A DNA stretch of 64,000 nt from Paraspadella gotoi. Taxonomy: Eukaryota; Animalia; Chaetognatha. The stretch is from positions 7,588,606-7,652,605 of the forward strand of contig CM119266.1 of assembly GCA_051294375.1 (NCBI GenBank). Reading direction: 5' to 3'. The translations under genes and the position numbers were made by a program. The notes beneath the pieces were generated by a model, which was given only the letters and a program-made list of their open reading frames with translations, made no database searches and was not told the origin of the DNA. Positions 1-12,913 of the stretch are shown in pieces (positions within the stretch are counted from its first letter, which is position 1; each line of letters opens with the position of its first letter).

Positions 1-189
1 ATTTCTATCTCATCAAATAAATCCTTTTCCACTTTTCCCTTTCCTCCATTTAATTCCATTTTTCCTTTTAAATCTTCTTCCCCACTCAACATTCCTCCGT
101 CCTCTTTCCTTTCCTTCTTAATTCCACCCAACGCGTTTCCTCCATTTCCAACTTTGAATTCACCCAGATATCGGCGGCCTCACAAAAGA

Positions 190-193
190 CGAG

Positions 194-246
<53 letters not shown>

Positions 247-303
247 CGGAATCGTCATTGTAAACAAAGAATGTGGATTCCATTGATGATGCGGCCTACG
301 GAG

Positions 304-357
<54 letters not shown>
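190..357 (+). repeat. (GA)n and (GAC)n microsatellites, representative of dozens across the window
   Basis: Pure tracts at 198-243 and 306-356; similar tracts and long polypurine/polypyrimidine blocks at 5280-6530, 7810-8960, 22260-23440, 24700-26040, 44720-46310 and 51400-51800. Confidence 0.97.
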
Positions 358-678
358 TGACACCAAAAGTCATCTTTGTTGTGGAATTTGTTTCACGAGA
401 GAAAAAAAGAAGAATGAAAAATAGAAAGAGGAAACGTGGGAAATAGGAGAAAGAAAATAGAAAGAAATAGAAGACTGAGAAGTAGGAAAAATAGAAAGAG
501 GAAACGAGAGAAATAGGAAAAAGAAAAAAGAAAGAAAAAAAAAGACTGAGAAGTAGGAAAAATAGAAAGAGAAAACGAGAGAAATAGAAGAAAGAAAATA
601 GAAAGAAATCAAAGACTGAGAAGTAGGAAAAATAAAAAAAATATCAAAGAGACAAATTGCTATGTATGACTAATTGCT

Positions 679-1533
679 NNNNNNNNNNNNNNNNNNNNNN
701 NNNNNNNNNNNNNNNNNNNNNNNNNNNNNNNNNNNNNNNNNNNNNNNNNNNNNNNNNNNNNNNNNNNNNNNNNNNNNNNNNNNNNNNNNNNNNNNNNNNN
801 NNNNNNNNNNNNNNNNNNNNNNNNNNNNNNNNNNNNNNNNNNNNNNNNNNNNNNNNNNNNNNNNNNNNNNNNNNNNNNNNNNNNNNNNNNNNNNNNNNNN
901 NNNNNNNNNNNNNNNNNNNNNNNNNNNNNNNNNNNNNNNNNNNNNNNNNNNNNNNNNNNNNNNNNNNNNNNNNNNNNNNNNNNNNNNNNNNNNNNNNNNN
1001 NNNNNNNNNNNNNNNNNNNNNNNNNNNNNNNNNNNNNNNNNNNNNNNNNNNNNNNNNNNNNNNNNNNNNNNNNNNNNNNNNNNNNNNNNNNNNNNNNNNN
1101 NNNNNNNNNNNNNNNNNNNNNNNNNNNNNNNNNNNNNNNNNNNNNNNNNNNNNNNNNNNNNNNNNNNNNNNNNNNNNNNNNNNNNNNNNNNNNNNNNNNN
1201 NNNNNNNNNNNNNNNNNNNNNNNNNNNNNNNNNNNNNNNNNNNNNNNNNNNNNNNNNNNNNNNNNNNNNNNNNNNNNNNNNNNNNNNNNNNNNNNNNNNN
1301 NNNNNNNNNNNNNNNNNNNNNNNNNNNNNNNNNNNNNNNNNNNNNNNNNNNNNNNNNNNNNNNNNNNNNNNNNNNNNNNNNNNNNNNNNNNNNNNNNNNN
1401 NNNNNNNNNNNNNNNNNNNNNNNNNNNNNNNNNNNNNNNNNNNNNNNNNNNNNNNNNNNNNNNNNNNNNNNNNNNNNNNNNNNNNNNNNNNNNNNNNNNN
1501 NNNNNNNNNNNNNNNNNNNNNNNNNNNNNNNNN
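679..1533. other. Assembly gap (others at 2720-2923, 11005-11029, 12799-12823, 25286-25310, 37541-37565, 42905-42914, 48669-48902, 49469-49681, 52716-52725)
   Basis: Runs of N. Confidence 1.
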
Positions 1534-1568
<35 letters not shown>

Positions 1569-2100
1569 TCTCGCGTTAAATGGGCGAAAGAAAACAGGTC
1601 GACAACAAAACAAGGGGAAAGAAGGAAACCCACACCCCCCCCGAAAAAAAAGGACAGAAAAAAAAAGGAAACTCCGTAAAAGTGAATGAGTTTCGGAAAA
1701 GTGAAAAACATCGAAAAGGATTAAGTGAAAAAAATTTGGGAGGAAAAAAAACATTTAAAAAAAAATAAAGAAAGAAAAATTTGAAGGAAGAAAAAAAAAA
1801 GAGAGAGAGAAAATCTGTTTTCTCGAGAAAAATAATTGAACAAAACAGAGAGAGATCAGAGAGAAACGATAACATTGATGACGATGACAATGATAAAGAC
1901 GACTATTATGATTTTGATGACTATCATGACAATTATTATATCGTTATATCGTCATCACTACAATTATGACTAATGTGATAAATATTATCATGATAACTAT
2001 TAACACGATGGTTATTATCATTTTGAAAAAAACATCTATCAGACAAGGAATAAAAGAATGATGACAAAAACCAGAATAACTGAAAGTAAGAAAGCTGAAG

Positions 2101-2180
2101 AGAAGCTATTGAACGAGTCTTGGGGTTGAAACCCTGCTGAATAGAAGCTATTGAACGAGTCTTGGGGTTGAAACCCTGCT
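2101..2180 (+). repeat. Two exact 38-bp direct repeats, 42-bp period
   Basis: AGAAGCTATTGAACGAGTCTTGGGGTTGAAACCCTGCT at 2101 and 2143. Confidence 0.9.
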
Positions 2181-2579
2181 TGAGGGTTTTTCAAGTCCTC
2201 TAGGTTTACGGACGCCCGCACGCTTCCCTCAGGGAAGGTACCATTGGGGATCGATGAGCTTAGGGTATTACTCAATGAGCCACCGGGTCACGAATGCAGG
2301 TCTCATACTTATAGCAATTCTCTACTACAAATGCCCGTTTAAGATGTTGATAGATAGTATCTATTAGTATCTATTAGATTAGTATCAATTAGATACGTAA
2401 GGGAGAGAGGACTCGCGTCCGTCTGTCGTCTTTCTTATTGGATAAACGAGGGACGATGACGACGTCAACAAAAAACGTGAAACCGAAAAATAATGTAATA
2501 AAAAAAGGGGAGGTTTAGTTTTTCTTTTGAGGTGAAACGAGACGCGAGATCGTCGTGAATCGTCAACTACTTTTCACGT

Positions 2580-3990
2580 CGCGAGGTGAACTACAATCGT
2601 GAGCGACAACCGAAAAAAAACACCGATTCCTTTGCCAAAACATGTTTTGAGAAAACATTTGGTTACGATAACTAAAAGGGAAACGAGAAAAGGCGGGAAA
2701 AAACGACGAAAAAAAAAAANNNNNNNNNNNNNNNNNNNNNNNNNNNNNNNNNNNNNNNNNNNNNNNNNNNNNNNNNNNNNNNNNNNNNNNNNNNNNNNNN
2801 NNNNNNNNNNNNNNNNNNNNNNNNNNNNNNNNNNNNNNNNNNNNNNNNNNNNNNNNNNNNNNNNNNNNNNNNNNNNNNNNNNNNNNNNNNNNNNNNNNNN
2901 NNNNNNNNNNNNNNNNNNNNNNNAAAAAAAAAAAATAACGGCGCCATTTACCGAGATCGCCTCATTTATGTTCCTAATCCTTAAACTGAATTTAAATATT
3001 ATTATCTAGGTCTAATCTCTTTGTAAAAAAGCAACCAACAATAAGTGAGTTATTATTATTTTTAACATAAGGACAGACCGAAGGACAGACATACCGACCG
3101 ACCGACAGACTGACCGAAAAGAGACTTATAGAGTTGCGCCGCAACTAAGAAAGTTATGTGTTAGAGTACATGCCGAAACCGAGTGTAATTGATTAAATCG
3201 AATTTGAATGCAGTTAAAAGCGTACTGTCCGCCCCTTGGCCGACGACCACAATGAAGACAACGACGACGACGACCACAACGACCACGACCACGACGACCA
3301 CAACGACCACGACGACGAGGATAACGACGACGACTACTGGGAACTCGGATCCTCCAATTCCCACAAATGGACTCAATCTCTGACAAACTTTCCTCCTCAA
3401 CAGAAACGAGTGCGCATTAAAGAAGGAAAGAGGTTATGGTGAGGGAAGGTTCCAGTCTTTGGGCTCCGCACCTTGGTCTTCAACTCAAAAGTCTACTCGT
3501 GTTTTTTTTTCTAGTCAACGGTCTTGCATTCTTTTTTCGAAAGGGCCTCTTTTTTGGAAGGGTCGTTTGGACTTTTGGCCTCTTTTTTGAAAGGGCCTAT
3601 TGGAAAAAAATACTTTTGGTCTTTTGGCCATTTGGCCTCTGAGCTTGTTTTACTTTAGGTCTATTTGAGCCAAAAATCTGGGCCTCTTGGTATTTTGTCC
3701 TTAGGGAATCAAAACTTAGTTTTGGACAAGACATAGTTAACAAAACTTGTCTCTCAGAATTTTGTCTTTTTAGGGTTTTGATCTATTTTGGTCTTACACC
3801 TTTTTTCAGTGAGGTCTCTTCCTGATTCCTAATCTTTTATTCTTGATTTAATGAAATTGGTACAACCAATATAAAAATTATTTATTCATTTATCAATGAA
3901 GTGGTATAATATTTAAAAGAATGTTTCAATTGTATGAAAAGACTCTTTTCTTCCCCAAAACTTTATTGCGCCGTCGACAAACGGACACAT
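2580..3990 (+). repeat. Segment present as inverted copies at 11530..12798 and 28045..29308
   Basis: Reverse-complement match of unique sequence (ggaactcggatcctccaattcc; ggttccagtctttgg). The ORFs at 11789/28299, 12050/28560 and 12591/29101 share a constant offset of 16510. Confidence 0.9.
3070..3150 (-). mobile_element. Truncated 5' end of a second HINE-like family (copies near 12375..12460 and 28885..28970; remnant near 61080)
   Basis: On the minus strand: TTAGTTGCGGCGCAACTCTATAA (terminal hairpin plus CTCTATAA, the same layout as at 57917), followed by a GTCG/GTCT microsatellite. Confidence 0.45.
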
Positions 3991-4004
3991 GCCATAGCCG
4001 TCGA

Positions 4005-6673
4005 GTAAACCAACACCTGCCCGCATCTGTCGGCACCTGGCCTTCTCTTTAGGTCTTTCGATGCGCGTCTGGAAAGATTCAAAGTCTTCTTTTAACGCTT
4101 TTGTGGGAGACAATGATCGACCCCAACTTAACGTTGACATCGTGTTGTCGAGTTGTGTTGGTATGTTGCTGTGTCGTCAGCTCACCGTCATGTTGTGGCA
4201 AAAGTTTTTTCTTTTCTTTTTAATTCCAATTTTTTATTTACAATCACGATAGTGCATACATATTGATCTTGTTTTTCTATATTTATTTTGATACAACAAA
4301 TTTAAAAGATTATTCATTCATTCATTAAATTTAAGCTCTTGCCCCTGACTTTGGAATAGGGCTATGGTCGTTAGGGCCTCCATCATCTTACAGATAATAA
4401 CAGTAGGTTATTGCAAGCTTTCCTCAAGACTTTCTCACAGTCTCGTTTATTCATTACAAGTAAGTATCTGACTTCCTATCATATAATCATATAATACATA
4501 TAATATATAAAATAATATTTCAAAGAATGTTTCATGTAAAATGAAAACTCCCTCTGGTAAGATCTTAGAATATACTATCTTCATCTTAGATAATATATAA
4601 TATATATACTCCTCTCTATATATAGTACTTTTTTAAATATTCTAGGTTCGTCTATAATGATGTTAAAGTTATATGTATATGTTACAATTTTTACATTAAC
4701 TATTATGATAAACTTTTCGTTGAATGATTTTAAAAATGCAACATTTACAACTGATATTGCAGAAAAATTAAAAAAGAAGTGAAATGTGATAAAAATGAAG
4801 AAATATCTAAAAATAATATTTTTAAAAATAAGAAAAAGAAAAATAGTCGATCAATGATTGTAAATGAAAAGTAACAGGATTTCCATTTTTTTTCTTCAAA
4901 TGGGAAGAGAAAAAGTCAAAAAAGTTTCCTCGCTCCACTGGCGCAATCGGAAAACAAGAGCTCTATCTCCTCATTTTTTTCCTTCTCCTCCTTTTCTCTT
5001 TCTCTCTCTCTCTCGTCTCTCTCTCCTCTCTCTCTCTCTCCTCTCCTCCTCTCTCTCTCTCTCTCTCTTCTCTTCTCTCTCTTCTCTCTCTCTCCTTTCT
5101 TCTGTCATTCAAATTTCCTCCAACGGAATAAAAGAGAAACATCGTCCTTCATCCGATTCTTATTCCTTTGGAGGTCAAGACGACGACGACACGACCGGAC
5201 GACAACAACGACAACAAAATCGGATCTCCTTGAAAAAAATTTTAACTGGATGAATATTGTTTCGTCTGTGTTGATTTTAAAGGAGGAAAGGAAAGGAGAG
5301 GAGAGAAAGAGAAAAGGAGAGAAAAAGACAGGGGAAAGAAAATGAAAGGAAAGGAAAGGAAAGGAAAGGAAAGCTAAATTGAAAGAGAGGATAAGAAGAA
5401 AGAAAGTAAATTGAAGTGAAAGTAAGGGAATGGAAGAAGGAAAGGAAAAGAGAAAGGAAAGGAAAAAAGAAAGGAAAGGAAAGTAATGGAACGAATAGAA
5501 TGAAAGTAAAGAAAAGAAAAAACGGGAGTAAAGATAAGGAAAGGAAAGGAGAGGAAAGGGACAGGAAAAAGAAAGGAAAATGAAAGGGAAAAAAGGAAAG
5601 GAAGTAATTGAAGATGAAAGGAAGTTAAGTAAAGAAAGAAAAGAAATCGAAATGAAACTAAAAGGAAAGGAAAGAAAAGAATTTAAAGGGAAAGGAAAAG
5701 ACAAAACTAAAATTAAAGGGAGAGCCATCAAAATAAGGATGCGGAGCAAAAAAAAAAAGGAAAAGAAATTAAGGAAGGACATAAAAACAAACGAAAGAAG
5801 ACGCGAATCAAAACAAAGGAAATAAGGAAGAATGTCAAAATAAAAAAAAAAAAAAAGGAAGCGAACAAGCAAAATTTAAAAAAAATGAGAAAAGGAGTAA
5901 GTAGTAAAATAGGAGAAATAAAGAAGAAGTAAATAGGAGAGGTAGAAGGAAGAAGTAAAATTAAGAAGAAGATAGAAGGAAGAAAGTAAAATTAGAGAAG
6001 AAAGAGAAGGAAGAAAGTAAAATTAGAGAAAGAAAGAAGAAGGATGAAAAGTAAAAAACAGAAGAAAAGAAAAGGAAGATAAGTAAACAAAGAAGAAAAG
6101 AGAACCGAGAAAAGAAAAAGAAGCAACAAAAACGAGGAAGATAAAGAAGCTGTATAATAAAAATAACTAAAGCATAAAAACTAAGAAAAGGAAAAAAGAG
6201 AAAGAAAGAAGAAAAGAATAGAAAGAAAGAAAGAGATTGAAAAAAAAAGAGGAAATAGAAAGAAAGAAAAGAAAAAAAGGGAAAAAAAAAGAGAAAAGAG
6301 AAAAAAAAAAAAAAGAAAAGAAAAAAAAAACAGAAAAAGAAGAAAGAAAATAAATAAAAGACAATAGAAAAAGAGGAGGGATTAAAGAAAATTAAAAAAA
6401 GATAGAGAAAAAAAAAAAGAAACGAGAAAAAGAAAAGAAAGTCAAAAAAAAGTATAAAAGTAACAAGAAAAGAAGTATGTAAGAAAGTAAAGTAAAGTAA
6501 AGTAAAAGTAAAAGAAAAGAAAGAGAAGAGAAGATATGGTACAAAGGCGCGATCGTCGCCGAGACGGAGATCGTTTCCGTCACGAAGAGAATTCGACGCC
6601 ATCATCGTCAGCGAAAGGCGTCACCCAAATACCCCCTCTCTCCTCCTCTCTCTCTCTCGTCTCTCTCTACTCT

Positions 6674-6704
<31 letters not shown>

Positions 6705-7524
6705 TCTCTTCTTCTCCGGTCATCCATCTCAAAGGCGCCACCGTTCTCGATCCACTTCCTGTTTCCGGCGTCGAATCTCATCCACGTCAAATAAATTTCC
6801 CCTCACTCGTCGTCGTCGTCGTCGTCGTCCTGTCGTGGCGCGTCGTCGTCGCGTCTCCGTTTTACCTTTTTTTTCTATCGTCTCCCCTGTGTCGTTATCC
6901 TTTGATTCTCAGTCACCTTGTCGATATTATGTGAAGTCATTCGGTCTTATATTTTTTGGGGGGGAAATCCACGACGACTTCACTTACATAAAGAATTGGC
7001 CAAATTAATATGTTTAGAATAGATGTATGAGAGCTAAATTGGTCCTAAAATAACAGTAAACTTAGACAAATGAGATTGATTGAACTCCCTCCATTCTTGG
7101 TCTGCATCAAAAATTCCTTCCTTATATAGATATTCATGAAATAATAATGAATTAGTGCACTTTTCTTTAAATGTTGATTTACTTATTTCCAACCGTTTTT
7201 TTTTCGCTATTTTTTATGGAAAATTTTAAAAAGTACTGTGTGAATATAGTATGGCTTTATTTATATTTTTTATTTTATCTGAAAAATTTCTAAGGAATAT
7301 TTCTAAGGAAATTATCTAAAATTAATATTAGCATATTATGATAATTATGTAAACTTAAACTCGAGGTGGAATGTTTATTGTTATTTTTATAATGTATTTT
7401 TTAATATTCCGTGCTCTTCAAGCTACTAATAGTCATTTTTTTACTATATCCTTTCCAGAGACCCATTATCTTACTTTCTCTTTCATTTCTTTCTCTCTCC
7501 CTCCTCTCTCTCTCTCTCTCTTCT

Positions 7525-7562
<38 letters not shown>

Positions 7563-10500
7563 TTTATCCTCCTCCTCTTCCTCCTTTTTTTTTCCTCCTC
7601 TTCCTCTCTCTCTCTCCTCTTTTCTTTCCACACCTTTCCATCTCTCCTCTCTCTCTCTTTTTCTCTTCTTCATTCCACGGAATCATTTCCTCTCATTTTT
7701 CTTTTTTCTTTCTTTTTTTTTCTTTCGCTCAAAGTTCGAATTTCAACTTTTTTATCCTTTTTTTTTTCCGTGGAAATTTTTGGTTTTTTCGATTTCGTCG
7801 GGAGTGATTGAAGTAGGAGGAGAGGAGGAGGAGGAGAGGAGGAGGAAGGAGGAGAAAGAGGGAAGAAAATATGAAATGATGATGATGAGAAGAAGATGGA
7901 AGAGGACCGAGGAAAGGAATAAAAGAGGAAGGATAAGGAAATGAGAAAAAGGAAGGGCACCGGGTTTATAGAAAAAAAGAAACGGACTTGAAAAAAAAAA
8001 AGACATGATAGGATAGAAAGATAAATATTAGAAAAGAAGAAAAGGAGAAAGGAGAGGAAGAAAGAAGAGAAAGAGAATAAAGGAGAAGAGAGAAGAAAGA
8101 AGAGAAGAGAGAAAGAAAGGAAAGAGAAAGAAAGGAAGAAGAGAAAGAAGAGAGAGAGAGAAAAAAAAGAGAAAGAAAGGGAAGAGATGAGAGAAGAAGA
8201 AGAAAGAAGAGAGGAGAAGAGAGAAGAGAGAGAAGAGAGAAAAGAGAAGGTAAGGAAAGAGAAGAAGAAGAGAGAGAAGATAAGAAGAGAAGAGAAAGAA
8301 AGAGAAAGAGAGAAGGGAAGAGAAGAGAAGAGATAAGAAAGAAGAAAGAAGAAGAAAATGGAGAAGAGAGAAGAGAGAAGAATAAGAGAAGACGAGAAGA
8401 AGAAGAGAAGAGAGAAGAAGGAAGAAGAACAAGAAGAGAAGAGTAAAAGAAAGGAAGTAAGAGAGAAGAAAGAAGAGACAAAGAGAAGAAAGAAGAGAAG
8501 AGAGAAGAAAGGAACGAAGAAGAGAAAGAAGAGAAAGAGAGAAGATAAGAAGAGAAAAGAGAAAAGAAGAAGAAGAGAGAAGAAGAGAGGAGAGAGAAGC
8601 GAAAGAGGAGAAGAGAGAAAAAATAAGAGAAGGAGATAACCAAAAAAGGAAAGTAGGAAAAGGAAAGAGGAGGAGAGACTGAGAAGTAGAAGAATAAAAG
8701 AAGAGGAGAGAGAAGAAGAAAAAGGGTGAGAAAAAGAAAATAGGTGAACAGAAAAAAAAAGGAAAGAAAGAATTAAAAATTAAAATTAAAAAAAAAGAAA
8801 GAAAGAATAAAAAGAGAAGAAATAAAAAAAGAAAGGAAGCGAAAGAAGAAAAGAAAAGAGAGAGACGGACGACGAGGAAAAACAATAACCGAGGAGGAAG
8901 GAGGAGGATGAGGAGTATAGAGGACAGAGGAGGAGGAGAAGAGGAGAGGAGGAGGCGATGAGGGGAAAATGATTTCATTTTTTTCATAAAACTTTCGTCT
9001 CTGGTGTTTCGCTTTCGTGGAATTTTTTCGCCTTTCGTGTCTTTTAATTTCTTTCTCTCCATTCTTCTCTTTGTTTTTTTTTATCATTTCTTTAACTTCT
9101 GTTATTTGTCTCCTTCTTCAAAAAGTCATTTATCAATATTTAGTTTTCTCTTTTACCTCTCCACGGTGTTCATTGTATTCATTTCAACTATCGATTTATT
9201 GCGTTAGACATTTATTGAATAGTTATCTAATACATTAAAAAAAAATTATCATTTTTTCTTTCCTCCTTTTTACTTTATTTTTACTTATTTATTATTTTTA
9301 ATTTAGCTTTCGTCGTTTACTTTGTCGTTGTTCTTTCTAATTATTCTTTATATTTTTTTTTTCTCGTTTCCTTTAAACGTTTTATCTTCTTCCCTCTTCA
9401 TCATCGATTCATCATCGATGAAATATAAATTTTATTCGCCGTCGACGTTGCAAAAAAACTCATTTGCATTATAGCGGTAACGATCTCAAAGAAGCGGCGA
9501 AGTATTTATTTTTTTCGGGACTTCGGGAATCTACAACTCTGAACGAAAATCAACGGGAAAACAAAAAAATGTTTTTGTTATAGATAAATTACAATAATTT
9601 TGCATTGATGGATTAGTCAGGAAAACATTTTTTACGTTCAACAGTTTCAGGTTTTGTAATTTACGTTTTATTTAAGATTCCATTTGTTTTCTCAGAATTC
9701 CACTTCCCGAATTAGTTTTTAAAAGGCATTTTAATTGTATCACACTGCATTGTCAATGTCATCGTGGTTTAAAATAAGAAATAAAAAATAAAAAAAGAAT
9801 ATTGAATAATAAAATATTGAAACACACACAAAAAAAAACAACACAAAAAAAAAACACTTTAGTTACGTATACCTATTTTGGGTCCTCTATGTTTGATTAT
9901 TTGTCATATGGCAATGCCTTTTTAGGTAACGATGATTTTTATTGTTTTTATTTTTAGATGTTAGTGTACTTTGACCTATTATTGAATTCCATTATTAATG
10001 TTAATGTCTCTTGTTTTCTATTGTAATTGATATCAATTTAGTTTTACACTTTTAATGGTTATCTTTTGGTTTATGATTGTTTATATCGTTTTTGTTATTA
10101 ATAAAATTTTTAAAAAAAACTTGCTTTTAAAATAATTTAATTAAATAATTGATTCCTCTGATTCTCCTGCCACTCATTAACTAAACAATCGTATAAAGTA
10201 AGTAAAATATATTACAATTAAATTGTCGCTCAGGAATTGTTTCTATTGAATTGTAACTATTCTTGATATTTTGTTGGCAGCCGCAATTTAGTTGCGATCC
10301 TCTCAGTTTCATATTCCTCTATCTCTCCCCTCCTCCTCCTCTCCTCCTCCTCCTGCCTCTCCTCCTCCTCCTCCTCTGTCATTGCTCATTTCCCCGCGCT
10401 TCGCGTTTTAAAATCTTTCCCTCATTGACTCCCCTCATAATTTTTCATTCCTCTTTCAAATCTCTTTTCATTTCTTTCCATGATCTTTCAATTTCTTAGT

Positions 10501-10620
10501 GCTCGTCTCGATGCGGTGGGCAGCGTCGCGTCGTCGTCGTCGTGTCGTGAGTTACGCTTTTTCCTGCTTAAAACCGCCCGGAAATTTTTACACTTTCTCT
10601 CATCTCTCTTCTCTCTCTCT

Positions 10621-10653
<33 letters not shown>

Positions 10654-10995
10654 CTCCTCTCATCTCTCTCTCCTCTCTTCTCTCTCCTCTTCTCTTCTCT
10701 TATACATCTAGGTCTCTTTCAGTTCACCAACAATAACGAACAGCTGTATCCACGCACAGCAGCAGGAAAACAGCAGGAAAAGCTGCTGCAACGCGCCCCA
10801 AGTTAAAGAAATCAAAATTACTTTTTAAATATCAGGTCACGATGCAATAGTTTGATAAAATATTTGTGTATAAAAAAATTAAAGTAAGCCGGACAGGCGA
10901 AAGCGAACGGTGTTAAAGCGAGGGTGCCATCCATTAATTTCTGCTCTCCTTTTTTTTTGGTCGCAAACTTCTAATAGCAACATCGCGACGGCTCC
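4005..10995 (+). repeat. Large segmental copy, direct repeat of 21045..28040
   Basis: Unique islands occur in the same order in both copies (cacctgcccgcatctgtcggcacctg; tggcgc(c)aatcggaaaacaagag; ccacttcctgtttccggcgtcg; gaacagctgtatccacgcacagcagc), differing by many 1-bp indels. Confidence 0.9.
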
Positions 10996-12823
10996 GCATA
11001 TTAANNNNNNNNNNNNNNNNNNNNNNNNNCACCTCGCTTCGCTGTCCGCTCTTTAATTTTTTATCACAAATATATTAATCAAATATTGCAATCGTGACCT
11101 ATATTTAAAAATAATTTTGATTTCTTTAACTTGGGGCTACTTTCTCTCTTCTCTCTCTCTTCTCTCTCTTCTCTCTCTTCTCTCTCTCCTCTCTCTCATC
11201 TCTCTCTCTCTCTTCTCTCTCTCTTCTCTTCCTCTTATATCTAGGTCTCTTATTCAGTTCACAAAATACGAACAGCTGTATCCACGCAACAGCAGCAGGG
11301 AAACAGCAGGAAAAGCTTAGCAACCGCGCCCCAAGGTTAAAGAAATCAAAATGTTTTTTAAATATCAGGTCACGAGTGCATAGTTTGCATAATAATATTT
11401 GTGTATAAAAAAATTAAATAAGCGGACAGGCGAAAGCGAAGGTGTTAAAGCGAGGTGCCATCCATTAATTTCTGCTCTCCCTTTTTTTTGGTCGCACTCT
11501 AAAGCAACATTCGCGAGCTCCGCATAATTAATGTGTCCGTTTTCGACGGGCGCAATAAAGTTTTGGGGAAGAAAGAGTCTTTTCATAAATTGAAACATTC
11601 TTTTAAAATATTATACCACTTCATGATAAATGAATAAATAATTTTTATATTGGTTGTACCAATTTCATTAAATCAAGAATAATAAGATTAGAATCAGGAA
11701 GAGACCTCACTGAAAAAAGGTGTAAGACCAAAATATATCAAACCCTAAAAAGACAAAATTCTGCAGAGGGGGGTGACAAGTTTGTTAACTATGTCTTGTC
11801 CAAAAAACTAAGTGATTCCCTAAGCGACAAAATACCAGAGCCCCCCCAAAGGGATTTTTTGGCATCAAATAGAAACCTAAAGTAAAACAAGCTCAGAAGG
11901 CCAAAAGGCCAAAAGACCAAAAGTATTTTTTCCAATAGCCCTTTCAAAAAAGAGGCCAAAAGTCCAAACGACCCTTCCAAAAAAGAGGCCCTTTCGAAAA
12001 AAGAAGCAAGACCGTTGACTAGAAAAAAAAAACACGAGTAGACTTTTGAGTGAAGACCAAGGTGCGGAGCCAAAGACTGGAACCTTCCCTCACCATAACC
12101 TCTTTCCTTTTAATGCGCATCGTTTCTGTTGAGGAGGAAAGTTTGTCAGAGATTGAGTCCATTTTGTGGAATTGGAGGATCCGAGTTCCCAGTAGTCGTC
12201 GTCGTTATCTCGTCGTCGTGTCGTTGTGTCGCGTGGTCGTGGTCTGTGGTCGTCGTCGTCGTCGTCTTCATTGTCGGTCGTCGGCCAAGGGGCGGACAGT
12301 ACGCTATTTAACTGCATTCAAATTCGATTTAATCAAATTACACTCGGTCTGGCATGTACTCTAACACATAACTTTCTTAGTTGCAGCGCAACTCTATAAG
12401 TCAAACTTTCGGTTCAGTCTGTCGTCGGTCGGTCGGTTATTTCTGTCCTTCGGTCTGTCCTTATGTTAAAAATAATAAATAACTCACTTATTGTTGGTTG
12501 CTTTTTTACAAAGAATGATTAGACCTAGATAATAATATTTTAAATTTCTAGTTTAAGGATTAGCGGAACATAAATGAGGCGATCCGGTAAATGGCGCCGT
12601 TATTTTTTTTTTTTTTTTTTGACAAATTAATCAGAATCAATTTCCCCCCCAGATTCGTTGTTTTTTTTTTTCGTCGTTTTTTCCCGCCTTTTTCTCGTTT
12701 CCCTTTTAGTATCGTAACCAAATGTTTCTCAAAACATGTTTGGCAAAGGAATCGGTGTTTTTTTCGTTGTCGCTCACGGATTGTATCACTCGCGACAANN
12801 NNNNNNNNNNNNNNNNNNNNNNN

Positions 12824-12882
12824 AGAGAGAGAGAGAGTGGTAAAAATTTCCCGGGCGGTTTAACAGGAAAAAGCGTAACTCA

Positions 12883-12913
<31 letters not shown>

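Noticed and set aside
644-1754. 300-360 aa ORFs spanning N-runs (also 48634-49947)
   Set aside because: Open only because N codons are not stops.
2101-2180. 38-bp direct repeats resembling a CRISPR repeat
   Set aside because: Only two units, 4-nt spacer, eukaryotic context, no cas genes.
3189-3383. Thr-rich mucin-like ORF (SAPWPTTTMKTTTT...GNSDPPIPTNGLNL)
   Set aside because: Explained by the (ACG/ACC)n microsatellite that is common across the window. No ATG, signal peptide or linked exon, and it is frameshifted in the other two copies. A terminal exon cannot be fully excluded.
5105-9087. Long F/L/S-rich and K/R/E-rich ORFs (also 14411-15136, 24453-25968, 46006-46758, 51270-51992)
   Set aside because: Stop-free translations of polypurine/polypyrimidine repeats; frames are not preserved between duplicate copies.
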